From contig NZ_CP160680.1 of the NCBI RefSeq assembly GCF_040784935.1, positions 4,723,802-4,755,801 on the forward strand: a stretch of 32,000 bases of DNA, in the 5' to 3' direction. The notes under the pieces are model-generated. The model was not told where the DNA came from, ran no database searches, and saw only the letters and a list, made by a program, of their open reading frames with translations. Positions 17,934 through 25,059 of this stretch are shown here, piece after piece. Position 1 is the stretch's first letter; every line of letters begins with the position of its first letter. The DNA is from Lewinella sp. LCG006 (GTDB taxonomy: Bacteria > Bacteroidota > Bacteroidia > Chitinophagales > Saprospiraceae). A program made the translations under genes and the position numbers.

Positions 17934-18112
17934 CAAATCTCTACGGGCCACGGCCCGCCCATTTACCCGCTGGCGGGGTCAACTCGGAGAGTTGGGGATG
18001 GATACCGCTTGGGTGGAGGTGGCCGCAGGGGCAGAGGTGGGGTCTCCACTAGCACGATAGGTTCGTGAGACCCGGTTAGAGTTGCTCCGCTCCCCAACCG
18101 TATGATCGCACT

Positions 18113-18424
18113 CTACGGTTGGGACACTTCTCGACCAAAATCAGGAGAGGGATCAAGTAAAAACACCTCGGAGAGGTGGAATATTGGTAGAAAAGAATGA
18201 ATAAACAAGGAAACGACCTCGGATGAGCCCGTCTGGCCAAGGCTTGCCGGACAGGGTCGCACAAGAGTAAATACCATCTTCCCTTTTGATTTTTTCTACC
18301 AGGTGATCCAATAGGAATTGATATTCTACCTCCTCCGAGGTCGTTTTAACGCTTAATAAACATCGTTCTACCAATATTTGACCTCTACTGAGGTCAAGAC
18401 ACATATAATGTGTCCCAACCGTAG
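18113..18424. mobile_element. 312-bp MITE-like foldback element (non-coding) with 15-bp TIRs and an 8-bp flanking duplication
   Basis: Perfect TIRs: CTACGGTTGGGACAC at 18113..18127 and GTGTCCCAACCGTAG at 18410..18424. Both are immediately flanked by ATCGCACT (18105..18112 and 18425..18432). Inside are two nested perfect 13-bp IR pairs: AATATTGGTAGAA at 18180..18192 with 18366..18378, and AAACGACCTCGGA at 18211..18223 with 18334..18346. Two mirror-positioned small hairpins (18164..18178 and 18380..18395) are built on GACCTC/GAGGTC. There is no credible ORF. Confidence 0.5.
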
Positions 18425-18468
18425 ATCGCACTGGTACGATCAGCTCTCCGCAAACCCAAAGAACAAAC

Positions 18469-20058
18469 CTACTCCACCATCACCTTCCCCAGCAGCACCT
18501 TGCCCTCGCGGCTGCGGGCGCGTACGAGGTACATGCCCGGCGTCCACTGTGCACAATCGATGAGTGCCGGACTGGCGGTTAAGGTTTGTTGTAGCATACG
18601 TTGCCCATTGGTGGTGAATACCTCTATGGCTAGCGGGTAGGGGCTAGGCCCGTCTTCGAGCCAGCGGAGTTGGAAGAACCCCTTGGCTGGATTGGGGAAG
18701 AGGTGCAGGGTGGCTTGCGTGGGCAATTCCACGGGCTGGTCGGTATCTACGACGGTGGTGCCCATGATTTGAAATAGGCCACAGTCGGGCTCCAGGCAGC
18801 CGGTGCTGTCGAGCTTGACGAGCCAGATGTTGGGGTTGTTGATGTAAGGGTCGTAATTGGGGAAGCTGTCCTGCAAGAGGCCAGTAAGGACGATACCCCC
18901 ATCGGGTGCTTCCACCACATCGGTAAAGTAATGCTGATTGAAGGGGAAGCGGACATCGGCGATATAACGCTGCCAGCGCAGCTCTCCCTGGGGGCTCATG
19001 CGGAAGACCCAGCCGCCGGTGCCCAGGTCGAGGTCATCGAGCACTACCGATCCGGCGGCAATGATATCGCCATTGGCGGCTTTGGTCATGCCCTTGATGT
19101 AGCGAAAGCGCTCGTTGTCAAAATCGTACTGCCGGAGGCTGTCGCCGTCTTCATTCATCCACCGGATCAGTGGCGGATAGCTAAAGGTATCGACCCATGG
19201 AATGGCCAAATCCTGCACCCAATTGAAGACAATGGAGCTGTCATCCATGAGCAGTAGGTCAGCATTGTCTGCGCCCCAGCCATCCCGCGAAGCAGCGGGC
19301 AACTCGCGGGTCCATATTTCCTGCCCGGCAGTATCGAGGCGGGTAGCGAAAAAGCGGTAAGGAGGGCGTAGGTTACATAGTGCCGGAGAGGGGCACATGG
19401 CGTAGGTGACCAAATAATCGTTGCTGGGTAGACGGAGGTGGTCAAGGTGCTGGTAAGAACCTTCAATATGATATAGATCTCGTTCCCAAATAATATTTCC
19501 TTCCGGAGTTATTTTTATAACCCAAGGGGTAAAACGATTTTCTCCTGGCAGTACCCTTCCCCCTAACAAGAGCATGTTGTTCTGATCATCGGCCTTGATC
19601 AACTTTTCGCCAATGTCAAAAAACGCTTCTTCGTAGATTCTGGTGAAGATGGAATCTCCGGTGAGCGGATCAAATTTAATTAAACCAACATCTAAATCGG
19701 TAGTGGGAGAATAAACACTTAAAACAAGATAGTGGTTAAGGGAATCTAGCGCAAAGTAGGAACCCGCGAGACTAGGGAAGACACTAAATTCGTTATTGGA
19801 AAATTCTTTGGTGAAGATTTCTTGCCCAAGAGCATCATAAAGCTGCCAAACGGTGCAAGCTGCACCAGGAGGATAAGGACAGGTTTGTAAACTTACCACA
19901 GCAAAGCCGTTGCCAAAGTTTTCTATTTGTGCACCCACTTCCGCTGTGCCTCCAATATCAATACTACGATAAAAAGTAGTTTGCCCTTTTGCACTAATAT
20001 TCATTAGAGAGCAGCTTAGGAGCAAATAGAATAAGATGTAGTTATTTTTGACTTTCAT
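18469..20058 (-). CDS. secreted T9SS cargo protein (529 aa) with repeats related to those of the 951-aa protein
   Basis: Signal peptide MKVKNNYILFYLLLSCSLMNISAKGQ. Repeat motifs are PEGNIIWERDL, TAGQEIWTREL, PQGELRWQRYI, AANGDIIAAG and APDGGIVLTG. The C-terminus LHLFPNPAKGFFQLRW..GMYLVRARSREGKVLLGKVMVE is a T9SS CTD. Confidence 0.85.
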   Translation of the reverse strand: MKVKNNYILFYLLLSCSLMNISAKGQTTFYRSIDIGGTAEVGAQIENFGNGFAVVSLQTCPYPPGAACTVWQLYDALGQEIFTKEFSNNEFSVFPSLAGSYFALDSLNHYLVLSVYSPTTDLDVGLIKFDPLTGDSIFTRIYEEAFFDIGEKLIKADDQNNMLLLGGRVLPGENRFTPWVIKITPEGNIIWERDLYHIEGSYQHLDHLRLPSNDYLVTYAMCPSPALCNLRPPYRFFATRLDTAGQEIWTRELPAASRDGWGADNADLLLMDDSSIVFNWVQDLAIPWVDTFSYPPLIRWMNEDGDSLRQYDFDNERFRYIKGMTKAANGDIIAAGSVVLDDLDLGTGGWVFRMSPQGELRWQRYIADVRFPFNQHYFTDVVEAPDGGIVLTGLLQDSFPNYDPYINNPNIWLVKLDSTGCLEPDCGLFQIMGTTVVDTDQPVELPTQATLHLFPNPAKGFFQLRWLEDGPSPYPLAIEVFTTNGQRMLQQTLTASPALIDCAQWTPGMYLVRARSREGKVLLGKVMVE

Positions 20059-20085
20059 CTCTTGTTTTATTAGGGTATAAAATAT

Positions 20086-20119
20086 GCTTGCCGCCAGCGT
20101 GTAAGCTCTGGCGGCAAGC
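20086..20119 (-). terminator. strong hairpin, probably the orphaned intrinsic terminator of the decayed upstream gene
   Basis: A 12-bp perfect stem, GCTTGCCGCCAG (20086..20097) with CTGGCGGCAAGC (20108..20119), closes a 10-nt loop. On the minus strand it is followed by UAUUUUAUA; on the plus strand by GATTTTTAT. It lies 50 nt downstream of the remnant's stop codon and only 28 nt upstream of the ATG at 20058. Confidence 0.55.
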
Positions 20120-20168
20120 AGGTAGATTTTTATCTGGCTAGCACAGGGAAAAATCTATGATTAGATAG

Positions 20169-20294
20169 TTATTGCTGGATAACCAGCCGCTGGGTATGCA
20201 GTATCTCGTCCACTTTTTCCACGCGCAGGATAAAGATACCATTGGGTAGCCCGGTGATGTCTGTGAAAAGGGGGAGTTGGGTAGGGAGGCTTTT
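20169..20294 (-). pseudogene. 3' remnant (41 codons + stop) of a T9SS cargo gene: C-terminal sorting-domain fragment only
   Basis: The minus-strand translation is KSLPTQLPLFTDITGLPNGIFILRVEKVDEILHTQRLVIQQ*, the characteristic last strands of a T9SS CTD. An in-frame TAA lies immediately upstream, there is no start codon, and the sequence beyond it (20295..20417) is AT-rich and non-coding. The 64-aa track ORF 20138..20332 is in a different frame. Confidence 0.6.
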
Positions 20295-20430
20295 TTAGGT
20301 AAATAAGAGAGAAAAGCAATGCGCGCTAGCAACGGTGTTTTCTTGTTTTTTAAAATTAAGGTTAATAAAATAATAAATCAAGCGTTTTAGAATAATAAAA
20401 TTAAATTTAACATTCAGTTATTGTTTCGCA

Positions 20431-20453
20431 GTGCGCAAGACGTAGCCTGAAGC
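20431..20453. repeat. 23-nt GC-rich repeat motif, copy 2 (inverted relative to 17911..17933)
   Basis: The reverse complement GCTTCAGGCTACGTCTTGCGCAC matches 17911..17933 at 19 of 23 positions. The adjacent GACAAGGAC (20484..20492) is the reverse complement of GTCCTTGTC, the sequence that spans the IS insertion junction (15992..15999 plus 17906). Confidence 0.6.
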
Positions 20454-20507
20454 CCGCCGCACCCCGAGCCTTCTTGAGAGCAGGACAAGGACGACGGAGG
20501 AGAGTTG

Positions 20508-20565
20508 CTCCCTAGAGCAGGGTTTCATACCCTGCACTCCGTAGAGCAGGGGGTCATACCCTGCA
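20508..20565. repeat. two tandem 29-nt units, each containing a GCAGGG..CCCTGC hairpin
   Basis: Unit 1 (20508..20536) is ctccctagagcagggtttcataccctgca. Unit 2 (20537..20565) is ctccgtagagcagggggtcataccctgca. They match at 26 of 29 positions. The hairpins are at 20517..20535 (7-bp stem) and 20546..20564 (6-bp stem). Both are enclosed by an 8-bp stem, GTTGCTCC at 20504..20511 with GGAGCAAC at 20570..20577. Confidence 0.8.
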
Positions 20566-20611
20566 CGAAGGAGCAACGGACAGCCCGGTATCGATTCTTC
20601 TGCTGCGTAAG

Positions 20612-20630
20612 GCAGGGTTGTATACCCTGC
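20612..20630. repeat. third copy of the GCAGGGT-N5-ACCCTGC hairpin
   Basis: gcagggttgtataccctgc has a 7-bp perfect stem and a 5-nt loop, preceded by taag (tagag precedes the other two copies). A further unrelated 8-bp hairpin, CCCAAAAG at 20650..20657 with CTTTTGGG at 20667..20674, follows. Confidence 0.75.
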
Positions 20631-20773
20631 TCTACTGCAATTTCCGTTCCCCAAAAGACAAATTCCCTTTTGGGTAGTGAAGACCCACCACAATTCTTTA
20701 GCTTCGCATTCGTAACCAGCTTCAGCCAGGTACCTCCCGACACCACACATTATCAATTATATCCGTTTACTAC

Positions 20774-23700
20774 ATGACTAAGACTAGTATGGTCTTGCTG
20801 TTAGCAGGACTTTTGTGGGCTGATTTTGCCCTCGCTCAAAACAACGCTTCAGCCCATAAAATTGACGCGACCGTCGAGCAGACGTACGCAGAATACCTGG
20901 GGCACATTCCAGCAGTCAGAACCCTCATTCCAGTGCCTGCTACTGATCCAGAACGCCGGAAAATGGGCAAAAAACCACGTTCAGTCCCCAAGAATTTCCA
21001 GGGGCGCGGCAAGCAAGAGGTAGTTTTTCCCGAGCGACAATTCATCGGCCCCGATCCTGTTCGCCAAACCAGCATCACAGGAGGGGGTAATTTTGCGGAG
21101 CCGCTGGTAAATATCAATGGTCTTTTTACGGGCTCTTCCCCACACGATCCTTCTGGCGATGTTGGCCGCAACCATTACTTGCAGGCAGTCAATGCGACCC
21201 AGCTGGGCGTTTACGATAAGGAAGGAAACATCATCACTTCTTTTGCCGCCAATACCATTTGGAGCAGCATTGGCTTCTCTTCGGCGGGTGACCCCATCGT
21301 TCTTTACGACCAAGAAGCGGAGCGCTGGCTGATCACCGAGTTTCCTAATGGCAACCGTCTGCTGGTGGCTATCTCCGCTACCGATGATCCGCTAGGGGAG
21401 TGGGATGCTTTTAGCTTCTCGACGCCCAGTTTTCCGGATTATCCTAAATATGGTATCTGGGGCAACGCCTACTCCGTGACCACCAACGAAGGCGGAACCG
21501 GTACGCTACACGCCTATTTTATCGATCGCCAGGCTATTCTGGATGTTGCGGCTATGGTACCTATTCAGCGTATTGGTCTGCCGGGTACCAGCAATACAGA
21601 ATCGGGCTTTACGGTGGCGACACCGGTAGATTGGACGGGCCCCGACCAACCCAGCGACGAGCCATTGATTGTCACTCTAAACGATTCCTCCTGGAGCGGC
21701 AACGAAGAAGATGCCATTGAGGTGTACAGCATCAAACTCAACTGGGAAGACCCTGACCTCACCGAGGTGACCAACACCAGTGTGGTGACTGCTCCTTACG
21801 ATGCCTACGCTTGTGCGGCCCCGGGCTTTGGTTTTGCTTGTATCCCGCAGCTAGGTGGGAACGGTATCGACGGTATCCCGGAGGTAATCATGAACCAAAC
21901 CATCTACCGCAATTTCGGCGATTACGAAACCATGGTGATGAACTTCATGACGGATGTCGATGGGAATGAACTTTCGGGAATTCGCTGGACAGAAATACGC
22001 CGCTATCCCGGCGAAGATTGGGCGGTTTACCAGGAAGGTACCTGGGCTCCAGATGATGGCCTGCACCGCTTCATGGGAGGCATCGCCATGGACAGTGAAG
22101 GCAATATTGGGCTGGCCTACAACGTGAGTAGCGAAGATACCTACGTAGGTGTACGTTTCACTGGCCGCAGGGCTACGGACCCACTGGGAGAAATGACGTT
22201 TGAAGAATACAATGTGGTGGATGGACAAAGCACCATTAACTCCGGCAGTCGTTTTGGTGATTATGCCCACATGTCCATTGATCCGATCAATGACCGTACC
22301 TTCTGGTACACCACGGAGTACGCTGGTGCCAATGGTACGCGGACCCGCATTGTTGCGTTTGATCTGCGTAAAGATACGACCGACCTGGCGCCCGTGGAGC
22401 TGCTCAGTCCACTGTCGGCACCGGAGCTTACGGCAACGGAGATGATTCAAATGGAGGTCATCAACCAGGGGCTGGACACTTTAGAGAACTTTAGTGTTGG
22501 CTATGTCTTCAATGGCAATCCTGCCGTGATTGATACCTTGATGGTGACCCTCTTCCCTGACAGCACCTACGTGCATACTTTTGCTACCACGGAAGATCTG
22601 TCCATTATTGGTGATTACCCCTTCACTTTGTTTGTGCATACCGAAAGCGATGACCAGCCTCGGAATGATACTCTCGACGTGGTGGTGAGCCATTTGCCAC
22701 GGTTTGATGTAGGTGTTACGAACATTACGACCAATGCGGAAGTGACCTGTGGCACTGAGTTTACCGTAGGTATCGTACTCAACAACCTTGGAACTGATAC
22801 CTTGACCAGTGCGCTGGTTAGTCCGGTGTTAAATGGTACAGCATTGGATCCCATCATGTGGGAGGGGAGCCTGGCCAGTGGCGAGTTTGCTATTATCAAT
22901 TTAGTGATCACGACCGCTATAGATGGGATGAATACCCTAAGCGTTGCGGCTGCGATGCCCAATGGTGGCCCCGACCAACGCCCTGAAAACGATGGTTTTA
23001 GCCGTGATTTTGATGTACTCCTCAACGGTATTCAGGCCATGTTGAATATCCTTACGGATGAATACCCCGCAGAAACCACCTGGGAATTGGCTACTGAAAA
23101 CGGAGAAGTACTCTACGAGGGCGGCCCGTACGAAGGTCAGTTTACCCTGGTGACGGAAAGATTGTGTATTGATCCCGAAGCCTGTTACGTTTTTACAATG
23201 TATGACTCCTACGGCGATGGAATTTGCTGCGCTTACGGTGAAGGCAATTATGAAATTACCGACGAAGAAGGCTTACCTCTTTTGACAAGTACGGGCGAAT
23301 TCGCTTTCGTAGAAACCAATAATTTCTGTGCCACCTTCACCTGTACCTTGGCTGGTGATGTGGAAGTAGCGCCTACCTCAGCACCCGGCGTAGAAGACGG
23401 GACAATTTTGGTGATCGCGTCTGACGGCGTAGGGCCATTTACCTACAGTGTTGATGGTGGTGCGAATTTCCAGGAAGAGAATTTCTTTACGGGCTTACCA
23501 GCGGGAGATTACGAAGTAGTGATTCTGGGCGCTGGAGATTGTGCCTATATGGAAACAGTGACCATCGCGAGTTGTACGCTGGAGTTCTCTACAGCCACCG
23601 TCATGGGCGAATCGGAAGTGGGCGCAAGTGACGGACAGATTGAAGTACTGGTCGTCAATGGTGTGCCTCCTTATACCTACCAGTTGGGCAACACCAACCA

Positions 23701-24091
23701 GGATCAGCCCTTGTTTGACAACCTCACTGCTGGCGAGTACACACTGACGATCCAGGATGCCCTGGGCTGTACCGTGGATGTGAACATCACCCTGGACGTC
23801 ATTATTTCTACCGATAATTTGACCACCATTTCAGGAACACCCATCCTGGTGTACCCCAACCCAACAGAAGGCGTCTTCCAGATCGAACTCCCTGGCTTGG
23901 AGACCAATACCATCTTCCAACCCGTGCAGGTATACGACGGCAAAGGAAGCCTCCTGTATCAGTCGCAACTGACGCAGTACGATGGCCGCTACATTGGCTC
24001 GCTATCGCTCTATGCTTACCCGGATGGCGTGTACTTTGTGCGCTTTTTGGATGAAAGGGTAGCGCGTTTGGTGCGGATTGTGAAGCAGTAG
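20774..24091 (+). CDS. large secreted multidomain T9SS cargo protein (1105 aa): N-terminal propeller-like region, CARDB-like modules, Cys-rich YGDGICC module, two SprB-type repeats, T9SS CTD
   Basis: Signal peptide MTKTSMVLLLAGLLWADFALAQ. FGDYAHMSIDPINDRTFWYTTEY closes the N-terminal region. Two CARDB-like modules are present (EVINQGLDTLENFSVGY, IVLNNLGTDTLTSALVS). A Cys-rich module reads LTDEYPAETTWEL..CYVFTMYDSYGDGICCAYGEGNYEI. The two SprB-like repeats are GTILVIASDGVGPFTYSVDGG..LPAGDYEVVI and SDGQIEVLVVNGVPPYTYQLG..LTAGEYTLTIQDALGC. The C-terminus VYPNPTEGVFQIEL..GVYFVRF..RIVKQ is a T9SS CTD. Confidence 0.9.
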   Translation: MTKTSMVLLLAGLLWADFALAQNNASAHKIDATVEQTYAEYLGHIPAVRTLIPVPATDPERRKMGKKPRSVPKNFQGRGKQEVVFPERQFIGPDPVRQTSITGGGNFAEPLVNINGLFTGSSPHDPSGDVGRNHYLQAVNATQLGVYDKEGNIITSFAANTIWSSIGFSSAGDPIVLYDQEAERWLITEFPNGNRLLVAISATDDPLGEWDAFSFSTPSFPDYPKYGIWGNAYSVTTNEGGTGTLHAYFIDRQAILDVAAMVPIQRIGLPGTSNTESGFTVATPVDWTGPDQPSDEPLIVTLNDSSWSGNEEDAIEVYSIKLNWEDPDLTEVTNTSVVTAPYDAYACAAPGFGFACIPQLGGNGIDGIPEVIMNQTIYRNFGDYETMVMNFMTDVDGNELSGIRWTEIRRYPGEDWAVYQEGTWAPDDGLHRFMGGIAMDSEGNIGLAYNVSSEDTYVGVRFTGRRATDPLGEMTFEEYNVVDGQSTINSGSRFGDYAHMSIDPINDRTFWYTTEYAGANGTRTRIVAFDLRKDTTDLAPVELLSPLSAPELTATEMIQMEVINQGLDTLENFSVGYVFNGNPAVIDTLMVTLFPDSTYVHTFATTEDLSIIGDYPFTLFVHTESDDQPRNDTLDVVVSHLPRFDVGVTNITTNAEVTCGTEFTVGIVLNNLGTDTLTSALVSPVLNGTALDPIMWEGSLASGEFAIINLVITTAIDGMNTLSVAAAMPNGGPDQRPENDGFSRDFDVLLNGIQAMLNILTDEYPAETTWELATENGEVLYEGGPYEGQFTLVTERLCIDPEACYVFTMYDSYGDGICCAYGEGNYEITDEEGLPLLTSTGEFAFVETNNFCATFTCTLAGDVEVAPTSAPGVEDGTILVIASDGVGPFTYSVDGGANFQEENFFTGLPAGDYEVVILGAGDCAYMETVTIASCTLEFSTATVMGESEVGASDGQIEVLVVNGVPPYTYQLGNTNQDQPLFDNLTAGEYTLTIQDALGCTVDVNITLDVIISTDNLTTISGTPILVYPNPTEGVFQIELPGLETNTIFQPVQVYDGKGSLLYQSQLTQYDGRYIGSLSLYAYPDGVYFVRFLDERVARLVRIVKQ

Positions 24092-24189
24092 GGGGGACAG
24101 GTTTCGCGGGTTTTAGCCCGCTGAATACTCGTCTCTGTGTGGACTATCCTGAATAGATGGCTATACCAAAACCTGCGGAACCTAATAAT

Positions 24190-24223
24190 AAAGCCGCTGA
24201 AGGAGCATTTCTTCAGCGGCTTT
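24190..24223. terminator. bidirectional intrinsic terminator between convergent genes
   Basis: A 13-bp perfect stem, AAAGCCGCTGAAG (24190..24202) with CTTCAGCGGCTTT (24211..24223), closes an 8-nt loop. It is flanked by A-rich sequence on the left and T-rich sequence on the right, between the stop at 24091 (+) and the stop at 24357 (-). Confidence 0.8.
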
Positions 24224-24356
24224 ATTAAATATCCTCTTTTTCAATTAGTTGGCATTGTAGTCTTAAAAAAAACGAATTCAGTATTCATTGTTTTTCAATT
24301 TGATCCAACGACATCTAATCAAACCTATAAATCTCCCTACCCTCTACCAATACCCC

Positions 24357-24824
24357 TCACCCCTCCAATAGCTTCTTCTGCAACACAATCTGCCCCAGGT
24401 GATAATACCCGTGCTCGATCATGGCGTCGATATTGCGTTCGTAGGTGCCGTATTCTACTCTGACGAAAGGTGCCTGGAGCTGTTCCTCCGTCAGTTGCTC
24501 GACTTTGAGGGCGAACTGTTCGGCGTTGTGCCAGACTTGGTTGAGTAATGCTTCCCAATCCTCTTGGGAGGTGATGGTGGGAGCATCAAAACTGAATTTG
24601 TCTCTGATGTCCAGTGAGCCGCCTTCCAGGACTTGCAACAAGCCTCCTACGTAGTAGTCCATGTGAAAAACAAGAAGGGCGATGGTGTTGAGTGGGCCTA
24701 CTGGTGTAGTGGCCAGTTTCCAGTCCATTTCTGCTACCTCGGCTTTGAGGTTGGTTCTGGCGATCCAGTCGCCATTGAGGTATACTTCGCGGAATTGTTG
24801 GGCAAGTTGGGTGGGTGAAGCCAT
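24357..24824 (-). CDS. DinB-superfamily (DUF1572/DinB_2-like) four-helix-bundle protein, 155 aa
   Basis: Features typical of DinB_2 proteins: FREVYLNGDWIA..NL, LNTIALLVFHMDYYV, and the C-terminal HGYYHLGQIVLQKKL histidine pattern. Confidence 0.8.
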   Translation of the reverse strand: MASPTQLAQQFREVYLNGDWIARTNLKAEVAEMDWKLATTPVGPLNTIALLVFHMDYYVGGLLQVLEGGSLDIRDKFSFDAPTITSQEDWEALLNQVWHNAEQFALKVEQLTEEQLQAPFVRVEYGTYERNIDAMIEHGYYHLGQIVLQKKLLEG

Positions 24825-25059
24825 AGTCGTCTGTAATTTTACTGGGAAGATATCGGTTTTACCTCCTTTTTCAAAAATGGAGGGTAGTTTTTAGCGCAAA
24901 TGCATCAAATTCAGAATGAACAAAAGGCTATCTAAATAAGGTAGGCGACAAACCCTATCTTGGTGAACTATAAAAGCAGTGAAAATCTGTTTGATCCGTT
25001 AGATCTGTGTGCTATCCTGTAGGTAGAGGCTCTGTAGTAAATACGTCTGTCTTAGGAAT

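Noticed and set aside
17786-18068. 88-aa and 61-aa ORFs crossing the right end of the IS into GC-rich flank
   Set aside because: They span the IS terminal repeat and repeat-derived DNA. The translations are G/R/P low-complexity strings.
18041-18073. GGTTCGTGAGACC motif suggesting a tRNA T-arm
   Set aside because: It forms only a 7-bp hairpin (GGGTCTC/GAGACCC) with a 19-nt loop. No acceptor, D or anticodon arms can be drawn around it.
18093-18123. Group II intron domain V-like hairpin (CCGTAT...TACGGTT resembles the domain V stem)
   Set aside because: There is no AGC triad context, no inner stem with a GNRA loop, no reverse-transcriptase ORF and no other intron domains. The hairpin is better explained by a TIR paired with a TIR-like 10-mer.
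18153-18431. 92-aa minus-strand ORF (GTG start), and 18076..18264
   Set aside because: They lie inside the foldback element, and the reading frame is a by-product of the nested inverted repeats. There is no start context or recognisable motif.
17911-20453. Idea that the inverted 23-nt motifs mark an invertible or mobile 2.5-kb cassette carrying the 529-aa gene
   Set aside because: The repeats match at only 19 of 23 positions with indel-rich flanks. No recombinase or transposase other than that of the self-contained IS1182 is nearby. I have kept this as a repeat-family observation, not as a claim of inversion.
20508-20630. Possible miniature CRISPR array (29-nt periodicity of a palindromic repeat)
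   Set aside because: Only two units abut directly with no spacer between them, and the third copy is 66 nt away. The repeat core is only 19 nt, and there are no cas genes in the window.
20418-20777. 112-aa, 90-aa and 73-aa ORFs over the hairpin cluster
   Set aside because: The apparent peptide repeats (RAGY..) simply mirror the DNA hairpin repeats. All three frames overlap one another and none has a plausible start context.
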